Under the pieces are notes generated by a model, which was not told the DNA's origin, did not search any database, and saw nothing but the letters and a program-made list of their open reading frames with translations. This document shows, in pieces, positions 26,888 through 35,209 of a DNA stretch of 64,000 nt. This DNA is from Rhodospirillales bacterium. Lineage in GTDB: Bacteria; Pseudomonadota; Alphaproteobacteria; Rhodospirillales; Casp-alpha2. Every line of letters starts with the position of its first letter. Within the stretch, counting starts at the first letter, position 1. The stretch is taken from positions 1,540,522 to 1,604,521 of the forward strand of contig OZ240674.1 of the NCBI GenBank assembly GCA_965198795.1, in the 5' to 3' direction. A program made the translations under genes and the position numbers.

Positions 26888-27498
26888 CAGGCCTTTTCCA
26901 GGAAGTTCTTCAGCATGGCGAGGCCGTGCCGTTGGCTTTTCTCGGGGTGGAATTGGGTGCCGAAGATATTGCCTTGCTGTACAGCGGCGATGAATGCTCC
27001 GCCATAATCCCCGACACCGATCAGGGCGCCGTTCAATTCACCCACCATGCGGTACTTGTGCACATAGTAGACGAGGCTCTCGTCCGGCACGCCGTCGAAC
27101 AAGACGCTGTCGCCCTTTTGGTAAATTTCATTCCATCCTACGTGGGGCACGCGGAGGTCTTTTGCCGCTTCAAAGGGGCGGATATCCGCATTGATCCAGC
27201 CTAGGCCCTCATGGTCTCCGAACTCCGTGGAATGACGCCCCAAGAGCTGAAATCCCAAACAGATTCCGAGGATCGGTTTCCGGCGTTTGAGGACCATCTC
27301 GGTCAACGGCTCGATCAGGCCGCGTGAGCGGATATTCGCCATTCCATCGCCGAACGCGCCCACGCCCGGCAGGACCAGTTTATCCGCTTCACGGAGTTGG
27401 CCGGCGTCGGCGGTGATAACAGGCTCGAAGCCGACTTTGCGGACAGCGCCGGCGACGGAGGCAAGGTTGCCCAGGCCATAGTCGATGATGCCGATCAC
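26887..27498 (-). CDS. Glutamine amidotransferase subunit paralog (HisH-like); start GTG at 27498
   Basis: VIGIIDYGLGNLASV..LVLPGVGAFGDGM..ILGICLGFQLL..QFHPEKS (class-I GATase Cys/His motifs). aggag lies 8 nt upstream of the GTG. The track ORF start at 27591 overlaps the preceding gene. Confidence 0.85.
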   Translation of the reverse strand: MIGIIDYGLGNLASVAGAVRKVGFEPVITADAGQLREADKLVLPGVGAFGDGMANIRSRGLIEPLTEMVLKRRKPILGICLGFQLLGRHSTEFGDHEGLGWINADIRPFEAAKDLRVPHVGWNEIYQKGDSVLFDGVPDESLVYYVHKYRMVGELNGALIGVGDYGGAFIAAVQQGNIFGTQFHPEKSQRHGLAMLKNFLEKA

Positions 27499-27533
27499 CG
27501 GCGCGCTCCTCTGAGTTGCTTGAGGCGGTCTAT

Positions 27534-28631
27534 CTACAGAATGTTCGCGCTCCGGCGGGCCTGGGTGCGCTCCCACTGCTCGACGTACCACTCACAATAC
27601 CGCTTATAGCCGGTTTCAAGCGGCCACCGGGCATTGAAGTTCAGATCCTTGCTGGCCCGTTCCGTCGATAGCGTGCCGCGGACCGGCTTGATCTTATCAC
27701 GCGGCACTTCGCAAAGCTCCACGGACGGCACGACCGATTTCACCACTTCGGCCAATTCCAAAATGGTGCGGGACCGTCCAAAGGTAATGTTGAACGTGTT
27801 GGAGTAGCCGTTACAGACATCAACCGCCATCGAGCGGATGACGCCATCGACCAAATCTTCAATATAAGTGAAATCCAGCCGGCCGTCACCGCCGCCCTCG
27901 AGCATCAAGGGTTTGCCCAAAAGCGCGTTCTCGATGAACAGTTGACTAACCCGGCGGCTGATACAGCGCTCGCCGTAAAGGGCCGAGGGCCGAATGATGG
28001 TCGTCGCCAGACCGTATTGATCGTTGTAGGTACGGATCAGGCGCTCGCTCATGAACTTGGCGTTGGCGTAGATGCCATAGGGACGGGGACGCACGTTTTC
28101 GTCGACCGTCGGCGTTGAGAAGTCTCCGTAAACGGTGGACGAACTCATGAACACGATTTGGTTTACTTGGTTGGAGAATACGCGGGCGTATTCCAGCACG
28201 TTGCGCAGCGTCACCAATTGCAGGTCGAAGCAGTGACCAGGAACCCGTTTGGCGTCCACTGCACTGGAAATCGCGGCAAGATGCACGATCTTGGTTGGGC
28301 CGAACTCGGCCAGCGCGCTCTGCAAGTCGATCATGGAGCGGGCGTCGGCGCTTTCCAGCACAACGCCCTGATCACGCAACATGTGGAACCGTTGCTGAAG
28401 GAAATTCAGATTGAGATCACGGCGGAACGGATCAATGTCAGGGTCCGTCATGTTGGCCAATAGGTTGTTTTGCATCAGATTATCGGCGATCATCACCTCG
28501 ACGCCCAGTTGGCGCAAACCTAGAGCCAGATTGTGTCCGATAAAGCCGGCTCCGCCAACCAACGCGACGCGCTCGCCGGACAGGTTCGATTCGATGGAGT
28601 CGGGATTAAGAAGCTTAGTCATGGCGTCCAT
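27534..28631 (-). CDS. NAD-dependent sugar epimerase/dehydratase (extended SDR)
   Basis: VALVGGAGFIGHNL Rossmann motif and YANAKFMSE (YxxxK). Confidence 0.8.
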   Translation of the reverse strand: MDAMTKLLNPDSIESNLSGERVALVGGAGFIGHNLALGLRQLGVEVMIADNLMQNNLLANMTDPDIDPFRRDLNLNFLQQRFHMLRDQGVVLESADARSMIDLQSALAEFGPTKIVHLAAISSAVDAKRVPGHCFDLQLVTLRNVLEYARVFSNQVNQIVFMSSSTVYGDFSTPTVDENVRPRPYGIYANAKFMSERLIRTYNDQYGLATTIIRPSALYGERCISRRVSQLFIENALLGKPLMLEGGGDGRLDFTYIEDLVDGVIRSMAVDVCNGYSNTFNITFGRSRTILELAEVVKSVVPSVELCEVPRDKIKPVRGTLSTERASKDLNFNARWPLETGYKRYCEWYVEQWERTQARRSANIL

Positions 28632-28760
28632 CCTCTTTCCGGGCCTCTTTCCGGGTTGAGCCAGGCGCTCTCTTCGTCACAAGCGGGCTCGCCAGAAATC
28701 CTGTTTCTTCGGGTTGGCGGAACCGCCAACCACCAGGGTGTAATAATTAACCCTGAAAGT

Positions 28761-29921
28761 TTAATAGGCCCTTAAGTTTCGAACCAGACCCGCGACCGAC
28801 TCCGTAATATTTCGCATGTCTTCCAGCCCTAAATGCGGGCCGCAGGGAAGGGCGACGGCATGGTCGGCGAGTTGTTCCGCGACTTGGAACCGGGAGGCGT
28901 CATAACCGAATTTTTCCCGGTAATACGACAATCTTCCGATGGGGTGAGGATAATAAATGCTGGTTCCCACACCCATGGCGTTGAGCGAGAGAGCGAGGCT
29001 GTCGCGTTTTTCCGCGAGTTCGCCTTCCAGAACGGCAATGACGCAATAATGACTGCTTTCGAGGCGTTTTTCCGTCGAATCCAGCACACGAACGCCGTCG
29101 ATGTCGTTTAACCCCGCTTTCAGGGCGGCGAAATTGTCACGCCGAATACGTAAGATTTCAGGGATCTTGCCCAGCTGCACGCGGCCAAGGGCGGCCTGCA
29201 TTTCACTCATTCGGTAATTCATGCCGAGCCCGTCCACGTCATAGAGCCCGGGGGGTTTCGGCTGAGGTTGCGACTTGTCGTAATGAAAGCCCCTGAAGTT
29301 GGCGATTTCCTTGATCAGCCCGGCGTCTTTCGAGACCAGCATGCCGCCCTCGCCGCAGGTGATGTGTTTGACGGGATAAAACGAATAGCTTCCCGTGTGG
29401 CCAAACAGACCTACATGCTTGCCGTCCACGCGCGCTCCCACACCGAGCGCGCAATCCTCAACAACGCAAAGGCCATGCCCATCGGCGATTTTCATAACTT
29501 CGGCCATGTCCATGGGGATGCCGATGTAATGGACCAACCCGATCGCTTTGGTGTTGGGGGTGATCTTCGCTTCGATATCGTCTAGGCGCATGTTGCCCGT
29601 CGCCGGGTCGCTATCGACGAACACCGGCGTCGCGCCGCAAAGGGCCACCGCATGGGCGGTCGCCACGTGAGTGGTGGACGGCAGAATAACCTCGTCGCCC
29701 CGGCCGACGCCCAAATTGATCCAAGATAGATGCAGCGACGCCATGCAGGACGACGTGGTGACGGCGCCGCCGCCGCCCATCATCTCGACAAAGCCCTCTT
29801 CAAAGGCTTTGCAATTGGGACCATGAGTCAGGATATGGCCGCGGAGCACGTCCATGACCGCGCAGCGTTCCTCGTCCGTGATCCACGGACGGCCGAAGGG
29901 AATGTCGAGTTTCTCGCTCAT
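28761..29921 (-). CDS. DegT-family PLP-dependent sugar aminotransferase (start MSEKLDIPFGRPW at 29921)
   Basis: ..IPFGRPWITDEE..GDEVILPSTTHVATAHA..SFYPVKHITCGEGGM... ATGA overlap with the upstream oxidoreductase stop (29918..29921). Confidence 0.85.
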   Translation of the reverse strand: MSEKLDIPFGRPWITDEERCAVMDVLRGHILTHGPNCKAFEEGFVEMMGGGGAVTTSSCMASLHLSWINLGVGRGDEVILPSTTHVATAHAVALCGATPVFVDSDPATGNMRLDDIEAKITPNTKAIGLVHYIGIPMDMAEVMKIADGHGLCVVEDCALGVGARVDGKHVGLFGHTGSYSFYPVKHITCGEGGMLVSKDAGLIKEIANFRGFHYDKSQPQPKPPGLYDVDGLGMNYRMSEMQAALGRVQLGKIPEILRIRRDNFAALKAGLNDIDGVRVLDSTEKRLESSHYCVIAVLEGELAEKRDSLALSLNAMGVGTSIYYPHPIGRLSYYREKFGYDASRFQVAEQLADHAVALPCGPHLGLEDMRNITESVAGLVRNLRAY

Positions 29922-30925
29922 GTCAGATACCTGATGTCTTGTGCGGATTGCCGGGCGTGTGCGGCGGCGGCGCAAACCGATATCAAATCAAACTCCCGAT
30001 ACGCGGCGGCGGCGGAGTCGGCGTTCGAGAGGATGGCTTTGACAAAATCAGGGATCAGCACACCTTTGCCGTCGGGTAAGGTTTTCAAGTCCAGCCGCTC
30101 GGCGGGCCTTCCTTCCTCCCGGCCGCGGAAGACACGGGGCCCCTGGTCATCATAAAGGAATGTCGCTTTCGTGCCGAACACCCGCAGCGCGTGGTGGTGC
30201 GGATGCACACAGCCAAAGTTCGCTGTAACGCGTCCGATGACGCCGGAGGCGAAATGAAAGGTCGAGGTCATGAAGTCGTCATAGCGGAACGGCGTCCTGC
30301 GGGTGGCGACGCCGGCGCCGGCCGTCTCAACGCGTGATGGACGTTCGCCCAGCACCATCATCATGATATCGATCATATGCACGCCGCCGCCTTCCATAAC
30401 CGAATAATCAGGTACGTCTTTACGCCATCCCTCGGTGATTTTAGGCAGGCGGCCATAGAGATAATCGCCGTCAACGGCGTAAATATCGCCGAACTCTCCG
30501 GCCTTAACGGCGTCCTCCAGCCACTTGTAAACCGCGGCCTCGCGCAGCACGAGATTAGAGCGGAGATGCGGCCGGCCGGCCTTCTCCCAAGCGGCGTGAA
30601 TGGACTCCAGCTCCTTCACGGTGCGGCAAAGGGGCTTTTCGACGAATACATGCTTGCCCGCCTCAAAACACCGGGGCACCTCGGTTGCATGATGATGATC
30701 GAGGGTGGCGAGGGAAACCAGCGCCGTTTCAGGGTCGTTCAAGATTTTTGTCAACGACCGGGTCCGGCGTTCCGCCTTGACACGGCCCGAGACCCGCGTC
30801 AACTGGGCTGCGTTGTGATCACAGAGCCATTTGATCCGGCAATCAGGATGACGCTGATAGGCCAAAGCGTGTTGTTCTCCGACACCGAGGCCGACAACGC
30901 CGACGTTCAAGCGGGTCTTGGTCAT
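29918..30925 (-). CDS. Gfo/Idh/MocA-family oxidoreductase
   Basis: LNVGVVGLGVGEQHA Rossmann N-terminus and ..HVFVEKPL... Confidence 0.75.
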   Translation of the reverse strand: MTKTRLNVGVVGLGVGEQHALAYQRHPDCRIKWLCDHNAAQLTRVSGRVKAERRTRSLTKILNDPETALVSLATLDHHHATEVPRCFEAGKHVFVEKPLCRTVKELESIHAAWEKAGRPHLRSNLVLREAAVYKWLEDAVKAGEFGDIYAVDGDYLYGRLPKITEGWRKDVPDYSVMEGGGVHMIDIMMMVLGERPSRVETAGAGVATRRTPFRYDDFMTSTFHFASGVIGRVTANFGCVHPHHHALRVFGTKATFLYDDQGPRVFRGREEGRPAERLDLKTLPDGKGVLIPDFVKAILSNADSAAAAYREFDLISVCAAAAHARQSAQDIRYLT

Positions 30926-30938
30926 CGACGTTTCCGCT

Positions 30939-31697
30939 TCACGAAACCAGTTGGCGAGAAGGCCTCGGGAAGCGGGTCTGGATGAGATCCGGATTGTCCG
31001 AGACGAAAAGATCCGGCTCCCGCTCGCTCAGGGCGGCCAGTTCAACAGCGCCGAATATCGGATTTGCCTCGTAAAGCCGGTCAAATATCTTAACCATTCG
31101 GTCATAGTCGGCGGGTGTGTCGATCAAGACTTTCAGATGCGTCAAGGCAGGTTTATAACCCAGTTCGATCCGCGGAAAACGGTTGGGCTGGCGCTCTAGG
31201 AATACGTTGAAGGCCTCGCGCTCCGCCGTGTCCGCCGCTTCCTCGTCAATCACCAGCATGGCGGTTGCCGGCATGACGTGACACTCGGATCCTTCATAAA
31301 GCGCGCTCTCGGCGTTCGGCGCCGCCCAAGCGGCGTCCGACGCGTGATAGGCGTTGATCAGCGCGGCGGCGAAGCCCACATCGACCGCCGGCGCGTCCCC
31401 CCAAAGGCGGACGACCGTTTTCGCGTTCGTGGCCTCGATCGCTAATCGGAAGCGGCGGATCAGGTCCTTGTCCGGACCGGCGACGAGAGAGACGTCCGGG
31501 CGTTTGGCGACAGCCTCAATGAGACCGTCCTGACCCGGAATGTCCGGCACGGCGACGCAGACTTTGTCGACGCCTTCGGTCGCAATGGCGCGATCAATGA
31601 CGTGATCGATCACGGGTTTGCCGGCCAGAGGCATGCTTGATTTGCCCGGCAGCCGGACCGACGTGTCCCGCGCCTGGATGACGGCCACCGTCGCCAT
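30939..31697 (-). CDS. SpsF/NeuA-like cytidylyltransferase (copy 3 of 3)
   Basis: VAVIQARDTSVRLPGKSSMPLAGKPVIDHVIDRA. Confidence 0.7.
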   Translation of the reverse strand: MATVAVIQARDTSVRLPGKSSMPLAGKPVIDHVIDRAIATEGVDKVCVAVPDIPGQDGLIEAVAKRPDVSLVAGPDKDLIRRFRLAIEATNAKTVVRLWGDAPAVDVGFAAALINAYHASDAAWAAPNAESALYEGSECHVMPATAMLVIDEEAADTAEREAFNVFLERQPNRFPRIELGYKPALTHLKVLIDTPADYDRMVKIFDRLYEANPIFGAVELAALSEREPDLFVSDNPDLIQTRFPRPSRQLVS

Positions 31698-31700
31698 CGC

Positions 31701-33566
31701 TTAAACTCCCCCGGGCTCGAAAGCCTCATGGCGCTCCATGAATGTGCGGGCGGAAATGAACGAGAAGAGAAATTTCGACAGGCTGTTCGTTTTCATGTCG
31801 TCATCCAGCAATGCTTCAAGGCGGGACCGGTCCACCACGTCAAAAATTGGATTGTCGCTCAGAAGACGCTCGCGAGTCTCATTATTCCGATGATCGACCA
31901 GTGATGTTATGGACGCGTTGAACCCTCGCTTTCGGCTATCCAATCTAACTTCATCGGGCACCAGCCCCTCGCCGGCGGCCCGCAGCAGCGCCTTCGCCCG
32001 GCCGCCTTGCATCAGATGCTCGCCTGGAACGGTAAACATAAACTCAACAAGATCGCGGTCAAGAAACGGCGAGCGGTTTTCAATGGAAGCGCGCATGGAA
32101 TTTGCGTCGTCTTCTTCCAGAAGAACCGGGACGGTCTCGAAGAACAATTCGTTCATCAACCGATTGCGAAGGAGGTCGTCCGTGAAGCGCGCGTCTTCAA
32201 ACGCCTCATTCAAGGGCTCGCGCGTGACCGTGTTGAAGACGTCGGAATTCAGCAAGATATGATCCCGGTTTCCTGGATTTTTGACAAACGCCATCGGGTC
32301 TCGCAGGACCGGATTGGCGACATGGCCGCCCGCCCCCCGCCGCCAATCCGCAAGCAAGGTCTCGAAATCGACGCCCGGATCGATCTGCGCGCGCCGCCAC
32401 ATCTGGGCCAGCCAGAAATTATGGTGGTCATAATAACCGGTGAAGATTTCATCGGCCGCCGTTCCCGAGATCGCCACCTTGAAACCGTTGGCCGCGATGC
32501 TCTCTGACAGGAATGCGTGAAGATAATAGCTGATGGTGGCGACCGGCCTCATCCGATAGCCGCAAAGCGCCGCCATACGATCAAAAAAGCCGTCGCGCGA
32601 GGTTTTGACGACCGTGTGTTCGCAGCCCAAATCCCGGACCATGACGCCAAGGTTCCGGGTTTCGTCGTAGCGCTCGTCCGAATCGACGATGGAGAAGCAA
32701 TGCAATTGGGCGCCGTGCGTCTTTTTGGCGATCGCCGCCAAAGTCGTTGAGTCCACACCGCCAGAGAGACAAAACGCCAGCGGCACGTCCGCCCGAAGAC
32801 GCAGTTCCATAGACCGGGCGAGCCGCGCGCGAACGCCGTCCAACGCCTCCTTCCGTGACAGGGGCCGCGGTTTGAAGTCCAGGCGCCAATAAAATTCCGG
32901 CGGCGCCAGATGACCGTCCCTTAGGGTCATGGATGTCCCGGGCGGCAGTTCCAGGACACCGTTCAAGAAAGTGTCGCCGTGCTTGTGAAGCGCTTTATAC
33001 CCGTGAACCAGATATCGGAGGATTTGGCGTTCGTTGACGGACGGTTTCGCGCCCGCAAGCGTCATTAGCCCCGGAATGTCCGAGGCGAAATAGATTGTGT
33101 CCTCAACGGCCCAAACATAAAGCGGTTTCTCGCCGAACCGGTCGCGGCTGAGCGTCAGCGAGCCCGTCCGCCCGTCCACGACGGCGAGCGCCCACATACC
33201 CTCGAACTGGCCGAGGGCCGCCTCGCCCCATTGTTCCCAGGCGGCGGCCAGGACCTCGGTGTCCGAATTCGTCCGAAATTGGTGGCCGAGCCGCTCAAGA
33301 TCGCGCCGGACCTCTAGGTAATTATAGATTTCTCCGTTGAAACAAACGGTCACCGCGTTCCGTGTGAATGGCTGGTTGGAGCGGGGATCGAGATCGATGA
33401 TCGCCAGGCGCCGGTGCAAAAGCGTGACCGTCTGGCCGCCCAACTCAAACGCTTGAGCGGCTTTGGCGTCCGGGCCCCGTTCCCTCATGATCTCAAGACA
33501 AGCGGCGATCCGGTCCGGTGAGGGCGCCTGATTTCTTGGGCCGATGCCGCCGGCGATTCCGCACAT
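31701..33566 (-). CDS. Asparagine synthase (glutamine-hydrolysing)-like amidotransferase
   Basis: N-terminal Ntn nucleophile MCGIAGG, ..FNGEIYNY.., and the PP-loop ..AFCLSGGVDSTTLAA... Confidence 0.85.
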   Translation of the reverse strand: MCGIAGGIGPRNQAPSPDRIAACLEIMRERGPDAKAAQAFELGGQTVTLLHRRLAIIDLDPRSNQPFTRNAVTVCFNGEIYNYLEVRRDLERLGHQFRTNSDTEVLAAAWEQWGEAALGQFEGMWALAVVDGRTGSLTLSRDRFGEKPLYVWAVEDTIYFASDIPGLMTLAGAKPSVNERQILRYLVHGYKALHKHGDTFLNGVLELPPGTSMTLRDGHLAPPEFYWRLDFKPRPLSRKEALDGVRARLARSMELRLRADVPLAFCLSGGVDSTTLAAIAKKTHGAQLHCFSIVDSDERYDETRNLGVMVRDLGCEHTVVKTSRDGFFDRMAALCGYRMRPVATISYYLHAFLSESIAANGFKVAISGTAADEIFTGYYDHHNFWLAQMWRRAQIDPGVDFETLLADWRRGAGGHVANPVLRDPMAFVKNPGNRDHILLNSDVFNTVTREPLNEAFEDARFTDDLLRNRLMNELFFETVPVLLEEDDANSMRASIENRSPFLDRDLVEFMFTVPGEHLMQGGRAKALLRAAGEGLVPDEVRLDSRKRGFNASITSLVDHRNNETRERLLSDNPIFDVVDRSRLEALLDDDMKTNSLSKFLFSFISARTFMERHEAFEPGGV

Positions 33567-33578
33567 GGTCCGCCGCCC

Positions 33579-34496
33579 CTACGTTACAAAGATACGGCGG
33601 AGATGAAACAGGTCGTCCCCGGGCATGTTCACGCCGTCGATGGCGGTCGGACAGCAAAGCACGCGGCGCGTCTTGAGGGCGTCGATCACGGCGTCGGAAT
33701 AGCAATGCCTCAACCCCTCAGGATAGCAGTAGTGCGTCGGTCCGACGCCGGCTTTTTCCCGCAGAAGGCCAAGACTGGTGTCAATCTCCCAGGCCAAGCC
33801 ATCGGGCGACAGGAAAGACATCACGGCATGGGTATGGGTGTGGCCGCCGACGCTGAAGAGCGGATCGGCGTTCAACTCCGCCACCTGGGCCCAGGTCAGT
33901 TTTTGATCCAGGGGATCTGGCGAGGACCAGGTCTCGTCGAAATGCATCTGGCGCTGTAAATCCGTCGCGAGGACGTCCGGATTGATTTCGGGCGTGGTTT
34001 TAACGTGTCGCCGAATATCGTCCAGGACCAATCGCATGGCGGCGGGGCTTTTGGGTGTTTTCGGCGTATCCGACCAGGGCAGTTCAATCACAATGTCCCG
34101 GTGGGCCTCGAAGGCCCACTCGATGCGGTCGATCCAGGACATGCGGTTGTTCTCGATAAAATCCGTGGTGACGTAAAAAGTGGCGGGGACGCCATGCTTA
34201 CGCAGGATGGGGGCTGCGACCGACGAATTATTTTCGAACCCGTCATCGAAGGTGACGGCGAAAGCGTTTTCCGGGAACGGTTCGCCCGACTGGGTCAATT
34301 CGATGACGTCGTTCAGAGAGAGAGGGGCGCCGCGCGCCTTCAAGCCGGCGATGACGGCGTCAAACTCCGCCGCTTCAAGATGTTTCCGATTGTAGTTTCT
34401 GATCCGGTAACGGTCTTCCTTGATGACGCCATGAAACAGATAGACGGCCAGGGTGTCCCGGCCGAGCCTGCCGCGCCATGTGTCCGGGCTGGTCAC
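33579..34496 (-). CDS. Polysaccharide deacetylase (NodB-homology) family protein
   Basis: ..AVTFDDGFENN.. and ..GGHTHTHAVM.. (NodB metal-binding motifs). Confidence 0.7.
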   Translation of the reverse strand: MTSPDTWRGRLGRDTLAVYLFHGVIKEDRYRIRNYNRKHLEAAEFDAVIAGLKARGAPLSLNDVIELTQSGEPFPENAFAVTFDDGFENNSSVAAPILRKHGVPATFYVTTDFIENNRMSWIDRIEWAFEAHRDIVIELPWSDTPKTPKSPAAMRLVLDDIRRHVKTTPEINPDVLATDLQRQMHFDETWSSPDPLDQKLTWAQVAELNADPLFSVGGHTHTHAVMSFLSPDGLAWEIDTSLGLLREKAGVGPTHYCYPEGLRHCYSDAVIDALKTRRVLCCPTAIDGVNMPGDDLFHLRRIFVT

Positions 34497-35206
34497 CGGG
34501 GGGTCTCCGTCATGGTTTCAAACTTCGCCACGCAAACCGATTTTAGCTCGGCGGGCATAAAGGAAAAATAGGCGCCGCGGCTGAGTTGGGCGCGCGGCTG
34601 GGGCTGATCGCCCCGGCGGACCCGGTCCAGCAAGTCCCTGGTTAGTTCTATGCAAACGTCCGTGTTCGCCGCGCGCAACTGATGAAGCTTCATGCCGCGC
34701 GGCAGGGGAATGGCCTTCATGCCGTGAATAGCGCCCGCGTCCAGTTCGGGCGCCACGTCATGCAGGCAGGCGGCCAGCCCCTCCGGCGTGTCGTGATAAA
34801 TCGACCAAAGATGCGTATCAAGGCCGCGATGGGTTTCCGGATTGCCGCCGTGAAGGTTGACCAGCAGGCCGTCTCCGGCGGTCAGGACCCGGCCCTTCAG
34901 TTTGCCTGTTCCGAAAACCACGGCGACGTCGGCCCGAAGGCGTTCGAGATCGTTCGCCGCCGCGTCCGTGTTGAGACTGGAGTGACGGAAGCAGGGAGCA
35001 AAATCGGCGATGCCGGCCCGCTTCCCGCCGAACCACAAATCCCGTTCATACCGGTCCCGTTCCGTCTCGAAGGGGTGAGCGGTTGGAAAGGGGGCCTTCA
35101 AGCCGGTCGTCTCATCCAGGACGCCAACCAAGTCGAAGTCCCGGGCCAGCGCGCGGACGAAGTGAGCATGGTGGCTGGTTTGCGTGGTGAGAACAGCGAG
35201 GCGCAT
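34493..35206 (-). CDS. Formyltransferase-like protein
   Basis: ..LLVNLHGGNPETHRGLDTHLWSIY.. resembles the Formyl_trans_N catalytic N.H..LP..RG segment. Rossmann-like N-terminus MRLAVLTTQ. Confidence 0.5.
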   Translation of the reverse strand: MRLAVLTTQTSHHAHFVRALARDFDLVGVLDETTGLKAPFPTAHPFETERDRYERDLWFGGKRAGIADFAPCFRHSSLNTDAAANDLERLRADVAVVFGTGKLKGRVLTAGDGLLVNLHGGNPETHRGLDTHLWSIYHDTPEGLAACLHDVAPELDAGAIHGMKAIPLPRGMKLHQLRAANTDVCIELTRDLLDRVRRGDQPQPRAQLSRGAYFSFMPAELKSVCVAKFETMTETPR

Positions 35207-35209
35207 GGG

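Noticed and set aside
26141-27498. hisF/hisH annotated as histidine biosynthesis genes
   Set aside because: Their position directly after a PP-loop N-acetyl sugar amidotransferase, inside a sugar block with no other his genes nearby, points to the dedicated ammonia-channeling paralogs of acetamidino-sugar pathways.
28632-28760. Direct repeat cctctttccggg x2 and hairpin ggttggcgg-aa-ccgccaacc in the only sizeable gap of the sugar block
   Set aside because: The hairpin has no flanking U-tract on the coding (minus) strand and the loop is too small as drawn. It may attenuate or stabilise mRNA, but I cannot support a terminator or regulatory call.
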